Shown: in pieces, positions 23,862 through 36,080 of the stretch | How positions within the stretch are numbered: the first letter of the stretch is position 1 | Layout of the letters: every line of letters starts with the position of its first letter | Assembly: GCA_004431415.1 (NCBI GenBank) | Contig: QPMI01000545.1 | Location: forward strand, 1 to 64,000 | From: Cyanophora paradoxa CCMP329 | Taxonomy: Eukaryota > Plantae > Glaucophyta | DNA: 64,000 nt | Reading direction: 5' to 3' | Position numbers and translations under genes: made by a program | The notes under the pieces: generated by a model | What the model was told of the DNA's origin: nothing | Database searches by the model: none | The model's input: the letters and a program-made list of their open reading frames with translations, nothing else

Positions 23862-24881
23862 GGATGCGAGCTGTGCCGATCGAAGGCGCGTGATGCCGCT
23901 GGATCAGCTGCAGAAGTGTACTAGTACGTATACTGCTGCGACTTCCGAGTTCCCGCCAAGCTCCCGGTAGCTATATGTATATAGCTAGGTACAGCTCTGC
24001 AGCTGAATCTGCCGGGCCACGCGTACGATAACGTTAACCCTCGGGCTGCGCATGCGCGCCGCGGCGCGACTGGGAAAGCTTAAGATCTAGATCTAGATCT
24101 AGAGCTCGCGGCCGCGGCCGAGGTATTGAATCTCTTGCGATCATCTACAGCCGGCGCGCGCGCGCCAGCGCACCGCGCGTCGCACAGCCTTGCGGCCCGC
24201 CGGGCCGATGGTCCTGCAGCTGCGCTTTCGGCGATCGGAACACGATCAGCACGATGGCCATGCCATGATGGCGGCATTCTTGGCGCGCGTGATCGCCCAT
24301 TGGCAGCGCGTACCGGTAGCTAAAGGTCTATAGCTAGAGTTTTGTCTTGACTCGGATGGTTCGTGTCCGACGGTCGCTGATCATGAGCTGGAGTCTAACT
24401 GCCGCCCCGCTTTCCCCGATCACCCGCCCAGCGACCGGCTGCAGAGAACAGCAGCGAACTAATAAGCGCGCGGCGCGTCGTGACGCCGGGCGCTGGCCTT
24501 ATCTAGCTACGTATACCAAACTGTACACAAGCCGGGGTACTGTATATACGCAGCTAGGCGCTGCCACTGGGCCAGTATACGTACGCATATGCCCCGACCG
24601 GCCGCGGCCGGAGCTTAAAAGCCTCGAATTCATATATACTGATCATGATATCGATATTGATGTACTTCGACTCGGACCGGGTGCTCGATCGAGCGGTAAG
24701 GTTCCTCGGCCGGGCGCCCGCGGCCGGCCGCGGGCCCCCGCAACGTTGACGCGTACGCTGACGTTGACGTTGACGTTAATGCAAGCATGGACTTCGGGAA
24801 ATCGATATCCTGCAGCTGCAGCTGGCTTCCTGAACGCTAGCCTGTCGGTAATTACAATTACAAGAGACAGCTGGCGCTCCG

Positions 24882-27800
24882 CTACTTCGCCTTGGGCGCC
24901 GCCGGCCGCCCCGGCCCGGCGGCGCCCTTCGCGGGGGCGGCCGCGGCGGGGGCGCCCCGGGGGGGCGACCTGCCCCGCCTCGGGCTCTTCCCCCCCGCCT
25001 CGGCCTCGGGCGGCTTCCGCACCGGCGGCGGCAGCGAGTACGCCGACTCGGCCCGCCTCCTCTCCGCCGCCGCCTGCCCCGGGAGATATCGGTCGCGCGT
25101 GAGTGAGGAGTCCGCGCGCCCCAAACGCCCCCGCCGGATTCGAACCTTCTCTTCGAGGATGGCCCTCCGGCGGGCCTCGAGAGGGGACAGCGGGCACTCC
25201 TTCGGCCTCTGCAGCTTGCTCCGCGCCTGCGGGACGCCCGCGTGACTCACGGGGGGAGGGGGGGGGGGGGGCCTCCTCCTCGCCTTCTTCGCCTCCGCCT
25301 CCGCCTCCGCCACGTCGGCCTCGCCCGAGGGGCTCTTGGCCCCCCCGCGGCTCGGCGCCGCCCTCCCCGTGTTCAGCTGCAGCCGGGTGAGACCCGCGGG
25401 GGCGCCTCCGGGGGTACAAGGAAGAACAGGCACCTCGCCGTCGCCGCGGCGGGGCACGAGGCCGAGGGCGACCCGCGCCTGGTGCTGCTCGTCCAGAAAC
25501 TCCATCATCCTACCCCCCCGGGCGCCCCTCTAAGAGGACGCGTCCCTCTCAGCCCCGCGCGCCCCGCCCCGCGCACTTTCGGATGGCCTCCACTGTCCCC
25601 ACCGGCGGGTCCGCCTCGGGCGCTTCGAACTGCACGAATTTCAAATCGCAGCGAAGCGCGCGGGACTGTACCCCCCCTTCCGTACCTTGGCGAGGCCGCA
25701 GCGGCAGATGACCTCGTCGTACTCCTGCCGGTTCATCTGCGCCGCGGGCCGGCCGGCTCGAGGGGGGTACGCGATCGATCGGAGACGAGCGAGGCGGGGA
25801 GGTACGGCGCGCCTCCTCGAGGGCGTCGGAGATCTCATCCTTGAGGACGTCCGGCTGCGAGAGACGAAGCGAAGGGGGGGGGATGAGCGGGATCGGGGTA
25901 CGCCGAAGACAGGGGGTACGGGCGGGAAGGACGGGGGGCGGGGCGGGCCTGCTCCTGCATGGCGGCGTCGGCGGCGGGGTCGTTCTGTGCCATCAGGAAC
26001 GCCGCCTGCATCTGCGGGCCCCGGGCTTGAGCTTGGAACGCTAGGACTTGGGGGAGGAGCCGCGGGCCTCCTTGACGGTCAGCCGGTTGTCCAGCGCCCC
26101 GTAGTCCTGCGCGCGGAGCGTCGGCTCGGGGCGAGGCCGGCCCGGATCGAGCCGGGCCCCGCGGGCGGGCGCGGGGGCGGGCGGGCCTCGCAGAAGCGGT
26201 TGAACTCGCGGATGTTGAGCGTCGCCTTCGTCTCCGCGTTCCGCAGCTCCTGCGCCGGGGGCGGAGGGGTCAGACCGCGCGCCCTCCCCAGGCCTGAGGC
26301 GGGGCGGGGCGGGGCGGGCGGACGGCGCGGTAGTCCTTGCCGACGTAGACGTCGTAGAGCGTGTCCAGCAGGCCCCGGTACTCCACCAGCAGGCCCTGCC
26401 GAGGGGCGCGTCAAGGGCGGAGGGGACGGGCGTGGGGGGCCGGAGGGGCGGACGGCGACGGCGGGGTCGGCGATCTTCCGGCGGACGATGGACTGGTCGT
26501 CGAACTGCGCCCGCGGCAGCAGGTCCTGCGCGACCCGAGGCCCAAGAGGGCTCAAGAGGGGGCTCCGATATATGACGAGGCGAGAGGAGAAGAGGGGGGG
26601 GGGGGGGGGGGGGGGGGGGCGGGCCTGCTCGATGATGAGCTCGACGCGGCGGACGAGGTCGGCCTCCTTCGGGCCGCTTCCCGCCGGCGCCGGCGCGTAC
26701 TTCGCGTGCCCCATCCGGATCACGCAGTTCAGCCTGCCCCGCCCCGCCCCCGGTGAGCTGGGCGGGGCTAGCCGGGCCGGGCCGGGCCGGGCTGGAGCCC
26801 GGCCGCACCACTCGTGCAGCATGAGCGTGTTCTTGCTGTTCGTGTCGTCCTGCGCGGCGGGGGGTACGCGCCGTGAGCGCCGGCGCGCGCCCCGTACCCC
26901 GCACCGCCCACCTTCACGAACTGGCCCTGTGCGTTGCGGTCCCGGTTGGAGATGATGAAGATCAAATCCACGACCACTGCCGGGGTACTGAGCAGCGCGG
27001 AGGGCGGGGCTCGTGTACCCCCGGCGCGCGCACCCGGGGGAAGGCCCGCCTTGTCGTACAGCTTGCAGTCCCCGATGAACGACTGGAACTCATTCCGGTT
27101 CTGGGGGGAGGGAGGGACGAGTCGGCACGGGGTACGGGTGCGGGTGATGGGAGGGGGTACGGGATCGAGCACCATCGTGAAGAGGTCGTCGAGGATGTTG
27201 GTCTTCGCCTCGACGGCGTTCACGGCCGTCGTGTCCATCCGCGCTGTACCCCCCCGTCCGCCCGCGTCGGTCGGAGGGAGGCCGCCGGGGGTACGCGGCA
27301 CTCACCGTAGCACTTGAAAATGTTCTTCAGCTTGCCTGCGAAGAGCGGGCGGGCGGGGGCGGGCGCTCGGCGGGGGCGGAGGACGCCCCCCCCCCCCCTC
27401 GACGCCGGGTACCGTATTTCTTCCACATGAGCCCCTTGAGCCGGTTGTACACGTCGTTCCTGGCCACGGGGTCCTGCGGGGCGCCGGCGTCGGGGGCCGG
27501 GCGCGGGATGCAGGGCCCGGGGCCCGGGGGCAGGCCGGGGGTGCGCCGCAGCCGAAGCGGACCTTGGGGTACAGGTCCTTCAGGTACATCCTGCGGGTCG
27601 GAGCGAGCACTCGGATCGAATCGGAGCGAAGCCAGCGAGATCAAATCTCACGGACGGACCTGGCGAAGATCTCGAGGAACTCGTCGTAGACGGTCTTCCG
27701 CTTCCGGTCGCTCAGGTCCACCTGCTTGATCGCGTCTGCGGGATTCGAATTCAAATTCGAATTCGAATTCGAATCTGATCGAATTTGATCCGAATTTGAT

Positions 27801-28837
27801 CCGGCGCACCGTAGTCCGTCTCGTCCTTCCAGTCCGTCCGCTCGTCCACCATGATGCCCCGGCCCCCTGCGCCCCGCCCCGCCCCGCCCCGCCCAGGCGC
27901 GATTGAGCTCCCGCGACGCTCGGGATTCTCGCTGCTAAGCGCGGCGCACGGGAGTGCGTGCTGCTGTGGCGGCTCCAGCGGACGCGCTCCAGCGCGTCCA
28001 CGAAGGCCTCTGTGGGGCGGGGCGGGGCGGGCGGCTCGGGGGCGCCCCGGCGCAGCGCAGCGGACGGTGGACGGCGGCCGCACCGTCCACGCGGGCGTCC
28101 CGGGCCTGGCTGCGCTCGGACGAGGCGAGGTACGCGCGCGCCGCTTCGACCCACTCCTGCAGGTGCGCGTGCGCCTGCGCCTCCCGCAGCAGCGCCTGCG
28201 CCCGCGCGGCCTCAGAGGGCGGCCCGCGCTCGGCCGGCGACGCCCGGGCGCGCCTTCGCCACCTCGTCGTCGTCGTACTCCCGCGCGAGCCTCGCGTCCG
28301 TCGCCGCTTTCTGAACTGGGAGATAAGCACGCTTCACCAAACCAGATTGAAGCGCAACGCGCCCTGTAAAGCTGTAACCTCAGGTGCGCCGCTGATCGGG
28401 CCGTGTAAAGGCCGCCGCTGTCTGGCCCCTGTGCCTGCGCATGCAGCGGGCCGGGGCGTCGAAAGGGAGCGCAGGCGGCTGCAGCGGGGTCGCACGTCGA
28501 TGCCTTCGCTCAAGCTCATCAGCGAGTCTTCGTACTCCGCCCTCTCGAAAGCCTACGCGCACGCGGCAACCTCAACAACCGCTCGAGCGCCTGCCAGCTA
28601 AGCGCGGACCTTGAAGCCCTGGCGCTTTGCGGCTGCGGCCTGGGCGCAAGTTGCGCTTTAGCTATGGACCACAGAGCATGCAGAACAATCACTTAGCACC
28701 TTCCTAGCGCTCTCCTGCACCTCCTGCGGGCTCCGAGGCGACGAGAAGGCCGTAAAGCGGTCCGCCGCGCTGGACAGCGGGCGCGGTGGTGTCTCATCCG
28801 GCCCCGTGAATGCCAGGGCCGGCACGACGGCCGCCAT
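24882..28837 (-). CDS. N-terminal TPR repeats plus EF-hand-like helical domain protein, ~20 exons
   Basis: Spliced TPR: AAAAKRQGFK|AFERAEYEDSLMSLSEGID...LYTARSAAHLR...KAATDARLAREYD...ALLREAQAHAHLQEWVEAARAY. Downstream NEFQSFIGDCKLYD, VVVDLIFIISN, LNIREFNRFCE and MNRQEYDEVICRCG resemble degenerate EF-hand pairs of protist proteins. Stop TAG at 24882. Confidence 0.7.
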
Positions 28838-28898
28838 CAGCCGCTTGGTGGCTTCACTGTTCCGGGGGGGGTATACGTGCTCAACGAATGGGTCAGGA

Positions 28899-31411
28899 AT
28901 GCCGCCTGTGAGCCGCGCTTGCCCGTTCTCGCACAACGCTCTCCTCACTTGCCCGCGCAGCGCTTCTCCATCCAGTTCGTGAGGCCGCCGGTGCAGGCGG
29001 ATGCGAGTTCGAACGCCGCAGCCCCGGCAGTCGAACGGCAGCCTCAGGACCACGAGGCGACGCAGGCAAGCGACGAGAGCACCAGCGATGCGAACGCGAC
29101 GCAGCGACCCAAGCGTCAGAAGGTGCAGCAGATTTGATCGGACGCTTGCAGCGGCCGCACGTCCGCGGGACGCTCGTGAATGTGCTGCAGATCCTCGTGA
29201 AAGTTGATGCTCCATCCGCCTCGAAGCCAAGGAGCGAGGGCGATGTACTTGACGCCAGCGTATGCGCCAGCATCTCGGCTGCAGCGCGTGCAGCGAGCGC
29301 TAGCGCAAGCTCTGGCGAGAAGCAGACGCATCCAGCTGCAGGATGGAGCAGGGGGACAACTTCTTCCGCAGAGAAAGAAGATGGCGCATCTGCATCGGAA
29401 TCCGACACCGCGGCCGCCGGCGCCTCCGGGCCGATGCGAAAGCGCAAGGTTCGTGGCGCGGCTGGTGTACATATGCATGCGCACGCGAAAGCCAAGTCGG
29501 TCAGTAACCCTAATTGTGTCGCTCGCAGTTTGCACCGCTTCTCAACATCGCATGCTCCGCCAAGAAGCCAAGGGAAATCGAGAAAGCTCCCAATCCGGTG
29601 AGTCCCAGCTCAGAGATCTAGGCTTAAGCTTTGAGATGACGATTTCTTATTTCTCGCCTCGCGTCGCAGCTCCCTCAGACGCAGCCTGCCGATCCGCCAT
29701 CGCCCCCGCCAATGGCCACGCAAACGGTTCGGAGTTCGAGTGCGCGATTCGGCGTCCGGGTTCCTGATCATGCCCTTTCCCTGCGCAGAGTTCGAGTCTG
29801 AGCAAGAGCGCGCCGTCCAAGATCGGGCCTGGTCGCTTCCAGAAGCTCGTGCCCGTCGCTCGGGCGTCGGTGTCCGCTGCGGCCGCGAGCAACGTTAACC
29901 CGATGGCGGCACCCGCGTTCGCCGCGCCCCAGCCCGCGGCGCCGGCAGCAACCGCAGCGTCAGCGCGGGTTCAGTTCGACCTGATCTCCCGTTCGCTGGC
30001 GCCGGGCGCGCTGTCCGCCCTGCAGCCGTCCCCGCCGCCCGCTGCAGCCGGTCGCGGGCGGGGCGGGCCACGGAAGCAGGCCCGCAGCGCGCCGCGCGGG
30101 GCCCAGCCGGCGCCTGCTGCAGCCCCTCCTGCGGCCCCTCAGCCGCCGTCGCCCGCCCCCGGCAGGTTCCTGGGGCAGCCCGCACCCGGCGCGCGGGCCC
30201 CCGGCACCCCGCAGGCGCGCCCCGCGCCGCTACCGACCCCCGCGGCCCGCCCTAGCAGCCAGCCGCGGCCGCCAGCGCCCCGCGCTTTCCCACCAACCCC
30301 TTCCCCGTCGCCGGCCCCTCCGCCGGCTCCCTCTCCCTCCCCCTCGATCCTGCTCGACGACGATGCGGATTTCGAGGCGGCTCTGCTCGCCTTCGAAATG
30401 CCCCAGCCGTCCGCGCCCCCGCCCGCCCCGTCCCCCGCGGCGGCGGCGCCCTCGCCGCCACAGCCTCTGCCGCCGCCTCCGCCCCGCGTCAAGCTGGAAG
30501 AGCCTCCGAGAGCAGCGCCCGCTGCTCCTGTCGCCCCGCCCACGGTGCCGCCGCCGCCGCTGCGCGCCGAGCAGCCTCCACGATCGTACGTTCTGGCGAC
30601 GCCGACCGCGGCCGTCTCGGCGGCGCCGGCGCCGCCCCTCGTCCCTGCCCCCGCCCCTGCCCCCGCCCCTGCCTCTGCGCCGGTGCACGCCTCTCGCTTC
30701 CGGCCGAGCGACTTCGAAGAGGTTCGCAACCGCATCCCCGGGCCTTCTGGTCGCCTAGCGCCTGCCTTCTTGTCGCCTTGCGCGTGCCCTAAGGCGTGCG
30801 CGCCGCTCGCGCAGCCGTGCTTCGAACTGGACCTGGGCCTCGACGAGCCCGATCCCGACGGCGAGGCGGCGCCGGCACAGGCCCCGGAGGCGACCCCGGC
30901 ACTTCCGGGCGCCGGCGCCGAGCTCCAGCCCGCGCCGGCGCCCGCCGCCGCCTCCCCCGCCTCCTTCGCCCTGGCACCCGCCCCCTCGCTCTGCACCCCG
31001 GTGCGGCCCCCGTCGGGCCGCCGCCCCAAGCCCGACACGGAGTCGCTCGGGTCGGGCGGGTCCGGGTCCCCCGGCGCCGGCTTCACGGAGCTCGCGACGC
31101 CGACCGCGGCGTCGCGTGCCGCCCCCGAGGAGCCCTCGCCCGCTCGGGTCCTCGGCGCTGGCGGCCCCGGCACCCCAGAGGCCCCTCTCCATATGCATGT
31201 CGACCTCCGCACGCCGGCGCCGGGGGCGCGGTCCGCCCCGCGCCCGCCGGATCCGGAGCCGTGGGCAGAGCCGCCGGCCGCGGCCGCCGCGGCCGAGCCC
31301 GAGCCCGTGGCGCGGGAGGAGGAGGCGCTGAGCTGGGGCCTGGGCTGGGGCTTCCGCCTGCCCGACGTCCCCGACGACCTCCTCGCCATGATGCTTGCCC
31401 TTGCCGCGTAG
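28899..31411 (+). CDS. Pro/Ala-rich, largely disordered protein (spliced)
   Basis: MPP|RFSIQFV..., basic NLS-like RPKRQK and MRKRK, then long exons with acidic-hydrophobic islands (LLDDDADFEAALLAFE, PCFELDLGLDE, FRLPDVPDDLLAMML). TAG at 31409. The link between the 5' and 3' halves is not fully resolved. Confidence 0.5.
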
Positions 31412-31668
31412 CTGGCGCGCGCTGCGTACGCGTAGAGCTTCTCAAACAGTGAACCAGAAGTTGACCCGCAGCCGATCGCGAGCCAATTGCAAGCGTCGGA
31501 ATTGGGAGATCAATTCTTCGGCTTGCGGGCAAGCCACAAGCGCTAGCCGGAAACGGCTTGGTTGCTTGGGTACGGGATCAAGGCTTGTCTTCCTGGGTAC
31601 GCCAGGCAGCAACTCAGTGAAGGCTCGACGGCGACTTAGTGGTCGCCGAGCATCGACCGCGGCGAACG

Positions 31669-34600
31669 ATGGGAGACGGACGTGCGTGTTGGCCTGCGCG
31701 AATCGCTTGCCGGCTCGTCTCCCGCGGGCCGCGGCGCTGACTTCCCTGCCGCGCAGCCGCGCAATGCATAAAGTCGCAGGCGGTCATCCGGTACGCGCAG
31801 AACTAGCTCTTCTGCCTTCGCAGCTGACCTGGCGGCCCCGGGCGCGGTGCAGGCGGATGATCGCCCACAACATCGTCACGGCCGGTCAGGATGTCTATTG
31901 GGATTACGAGAACAAGACTTACCGCGGACTTGTCGGCGATGATGGCTGCATCCACCTGGGCATCGACCGCTTTGGGTCGCGTGCGTTCGCGGCGCGAACT
32001 TATCGGACCCGAGTTGGGCGCTGAACTTGACCAAAACGCAGCAAACGTGTTCGCCTCGTACATCTATCGCAAGATTCTCGACAACCAGGGCATCCGGTAC
32101 AAGCCCGAGAAGGCTATCAGAGATGGCTGGAAAGAGGTGAGTCGCCCGGAGCGCGGTTCCCGGAGCCGCTTGGCTAACGAGAAACAGATCTACAATGCGG
32201 CTGGAGTGTCCCTGTACGACCTCCGCATGAAGTTGCCCGAGAACCTGCGCGGCTTTGAGGACGAGGAGGTAGCCAGGGAGAAGGACAGGCTGAACTCGAT
32301 ACCGCCGCACTTGAGACCCCCGCCGCCGCCTCCGGCGGAGACGAGCAGTGCCGATCAGGAGGAGCGGAAGCGCGCGGCGAAGCGGAAGCGCGGGGAGGGC
32401 CCCGAGGGCGGCCGCTCGGGCAGCCGCGGCGGCCGCAGCGACGAGGGCTCGGAGAGCGGCGACGACGCGGAAGGCGACCGGGGGCAGGCCGGCGGCTCGA
32501 GCGCACAGGGCGACGGCGACGGCGGCGACGACGACGACGATGCGGAGGGCGAGGAGTCGCGGGACAAGGGTGCCCTGCCGCGAGGCGCGGGAGCCGCGCG
32601 CGGGAGCTGACGAGACGCGCGCGGCAGAGTCGCGCGCCGGCGAGGAGGAGGAGGAGGCGCCCGCGCCGCGGAGCCGCTCGAAGAAGGCCGCGCAGCCGGC
32701 GGGTGAGCCGCCGCCGGGGCCCCGCGCCGCCCGCCCACACTCAAGCGAGCGAGCGCAGATTCGGAAGAGGACGAGGACGAGGGGGAGGGGGACTGGCGGG
32801 TGCGCGACAAGGAGCTTTTCTTCCTGGCGATCAAGGACGCCGGCAAGGCGGACCTCAAGCACCTCCGCGGCGCCGTCCCCGGCAAGCAGCCCGGCGAGGT
32901 GCGCCCGCCCGCCCGCCCGGGTCCGCTCCTCTTCTTCTCCTGAGCGGGGCGGGGCGGGGCGCGCAGATCGAGAAGTTCTACGAGAGGATCTCGGGGGAGA
33001 TCCGGGAGTGGTACCAGCCGACGGGCTGCCCCTGCGGCCTCGACGGGGACGCCAGGGAGCAGGCCAAGTCCTTCCTCCTCTGGTGGGAGGCCATGAAGCG
33101 CCTGGAGTGGCTCACCGTGCGCCCCGCCCCGCCCCCGCCCGCCGGCCCCGCCCCGCCCCGCTCACGGGCGGGCGCGCAGGCGGCGAAGCGGGAGATCCAG
33201 TCGGACCTGGAGGAGGCCAAGGACCAGCTCGAGACCGAGATCGAGGAGAAGCGCGACCTCACCAAGTGCGCCGGGCCGGGCCGGGCCGGGCGGGGCCGGG
33301 CCGGGCCGAGCCGGGCTGGGCGGCAGGTCCAAGGCGAAGCTGGAGGGGGAGGTGAAGGAGCTGCGGAAGACGCTCAAGGCGGAACAGAAGGCGCGGCAGG
33401 GCCTCGAGGAGTCGAAGAAGCGGGCCGAGAAGGAGGCGGACAAGCTCCGCAAGGACGGCGACAAGTCCGTCTCCTACCAGAAGACCATCCGCAAGCTCGA
33501 GCAGCAGGTCCGCCGGGCAGGCGGGTGTGGTGTGGCCGGGCCCGTTCCTGACCCGCGGGGCCGGCCCAGATCGAGGAGATGAAGCGGGAGTTCACGAGCG
33601 AGAAGGACACGCGGACGGACTCGGACCGCCAGATCCGCCAGCTCCGCAAGCAGCTCGACCAGGAGCGCAAGGCCCGCGCCGACGACGCCGACACGTGCGC
33701 CCGGCTCAGCTCTGCTCTGCTCTGCCCCGCCCCGCCCCGCCCCGCTCAGCCCTGCCCCGCAGGCGGAAGCGGCTGGAGTCGAACCTGGAGAAGGCGAAGA
33801 ACCGGATGGAGGTGCTGTACGCGGACATCGACACGGCCCGCAGCGCCGAGGCCCACTCAAAGCAGCTCTGGAACGTGCGCCCGCCCGCGCCGGCGCCGGC
33901 GCTCCAGCCAAGCAACTCGGGCGCGGCTGACGCGGGGAGGGCGGCGGGCAGGACGGGCGGCGCAAGGTGGAGGCGCAGGTGGCGCAGATGCAGAAGGCCA
34001 TCGAGGGCCTCCGAGGCTACCGCAAGGCCCTCGAGGACCGCCTCAAGGCCCTCTCCGACAACCTCAAGGCCGTGCGCCCCCTGCTCCGCTCCGCCCCGCT
34101 CCGCTCCGCTCTGCTTTGCCCGCCCCGCTGAGCCGGCTCGCCGCGCAGGCCAAGCCGGACTGGGACGAGTCGCAGCTGCCGGCCCTGCCCGAGTTCCAGG
34201 AGCCTGTCGTACCCGCCTTCGACTTCTCGCTCCCGGCCCCCCAGGCCGCCGCCGCCGCCGCCGCCGCCCGTCCCTCCGGCGAGGGGCCCTCCGGCTCGTC
34301 CTCCGCCGCCGCCTCCGAGCCGTGCGTCGGCCGCCTCGCTCGGGCCTTTCTTGCGGGGTTACCGACGCGCGCGCCCGCGCAGGCCGGTGCCGAGCCCCAA
34401 GGACGGCAAGGACGCCAAGGAGGGCGCGGCGGACAAGGAGAAGGACAAGGAGAAGGAGAAGGAGGGGAGCAAGAAGGGCGACAAGCACGCGCCCCACACT
34501 CCCAAGCGTGCGCCCGCCGCGTCGCCCGCGGTCGATCGATCGAGCGGGCCCGGGGCCGGCCCTGACGCCGCTCCGCCCCCCGCGCGCGCGCAGCGGTGCC

Positions 34601-34730
34601 GACGCACCGGCGGAAGTGCGTGCCGCGGCGGGCGCCGCGGGCGCACGACACGCTGCCCGGCGGCGTCCTCGCGTTCAACTTCCGCGAGGTCGCCCCCGAC
34701 TTCGGCGGCGAAGAGGCGGACGAGGCGTGA
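31669..34730 (+). CDS. RAMA-domain protein (predicted modified-DNA reader fold) with acidic linker and long coiled coil
   Basis: Spliced N-terminus RRMIAHNIVTAGQDVYWDYENKTYRGLVGDDGCIHLGIDRFGS|PNVFASYIYRK...RDGWKE|IYNAAGVSLYDLR fits the RAMA pattern (DG.I...F.SP..FA...GW...G..L..LR). Coiled-coil exons ~33180-34070. TGA at 34728. Confidence 0.75.
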
Positions 34731-35555
34731 GGGGGGAGGGGGGGGGGGGCCGCGCGGCGGCGCGCCCCGGCCGAATGTACAAGCACCCCGGTTTTGCGGT
34801 AGCGTGTGAATGCACCAGATCAGGTTCAAGTGAAGGGGGGCGAAGCCCGGGGGAGCCCGGCCGCGGGGAGGGGGGGACTGTGGGGGTACGGAGTCCTTTA
34901 GGTTGGCGGGGGCTGGGCGAAGCTGGGCGTGGCTATAGTGCAGTGCACGTGCATGTCGTGGTCCTGGATAAAGCCTCTTGAAGGCTGGATTATCGCCGGC
35001 GGCCGGTCGTTGTCGTTCATGATCAACAGTTCACGAGCTCGAGTTCAACAGCTTCGTTCATGATCAGTTTGAACATTCAACAGTTCACGAGCTCGAGCTC
35101 GAGGCGCAAGCAGGTCGTTCAAGCGATACAGCGATCGCCGAGCCTCGGCAGGCTTAGCTTAGCCAATTAATTTCAAGGCGGCTTTTAAACGCGAAATTGA
35201 GGCGGCTCGGACCGTCGGACGCCGCGCTCGTTTGCGAAAACGCGTATGGGTACGCTAGTGCAAGTTGACTTTAAGTTTAGACTGCGAAATCGGGGCTCGA
35301 ACAGCCAGCTCGCTAACGTTAACCTCAGTAAATCTACTTTACTACCCATAAAGTTGGCTTGAATTATACCATGAAGGACTTAAATACCGCGCCACAAATT
35401 ACCGCGTCACGGCCGCGGCGTTACTAGTACCACCGTACTACCACGAGGGGACCCCGCGGTCCCCGCCGGCCGCCGGCCGGGCGCCGGGGTCGTTTGTGAC
35501 AAAATTTCTGCACCGGCCGCGGCCCGGCGGTAGGCGCTTTAAATTTAGCGCGGTA

Positions 35556-36038
35556 CCTCGATTCCTTTTAGACACTCCGCCAGCTTCGACTCTCCCCTCT
35601 AGTGGTGTCCTACGTTTCGCCTCTCCTACTGTTCTGCCGCCTCAAGATCTGCCTCCTGCGACTACGTCGATGTACGTCTTCTCAGAGTCTAGTTCTGCTG
35701 TTAGCTCTATCTTGTCGTCTTCGTCTAGATCTTCGTCTTCGACTGTAGTTCCTCGTGCTCGTTCTCCTTATTCGCTGCGCCCCCGTGCTCCTCGTCGTTC
35801 TAGTGTGACTAGTTATATATAGTACTTCTGCGTTGACGTCCTTGAGCTCTTCTACTCCTTCTCCTCGTGCTCGTTCTCCTTATCTTTTGCGTTCTTCTGA
35901 TCGTGTCCCTTCTCGTGATCCCTCTTAATTCTGTATTTTGTGCTAGTTTACTGTATCTTTGATTTGTGATTGCTTTGTTGTCCTTAATATCACTACCTAC
36001 GGGGGGTTCGCCCCACCGTGGTCTCTCAAAAAAAAAAA
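35556..36038 (+). mobile_element. 5'-truncated non-LTR retroelement-like relic (ORF tail, 3' UTR, stem-loop, poly(A))
   Basis: T-rich reading frame with T-ending codons, unlike host genes. Contains PRARSPYxLR twice (exact 21-bp repeat at 35751-35771 and 35863-35883), TAA at 35926, hairpin ACGGGGGG-TTCG-CCCCACCGT at 35999-36019, and A11 at 36028-36038. Confidence 0.55.
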
Positions 36039-36080
36039 CATGCCATACCAATCCAGAGGAAATTCTAGCGGGGCACAGTG

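Noticed and set aside
35997-36038. Hairpin plus A-run as a bacterial intrinsic terminator or Helitron end
   Set aside because: Eukaryotic context and no CTRR terminus; it follows an ORF tail and UTR on the + strand, which fits a retroelement 3' end.
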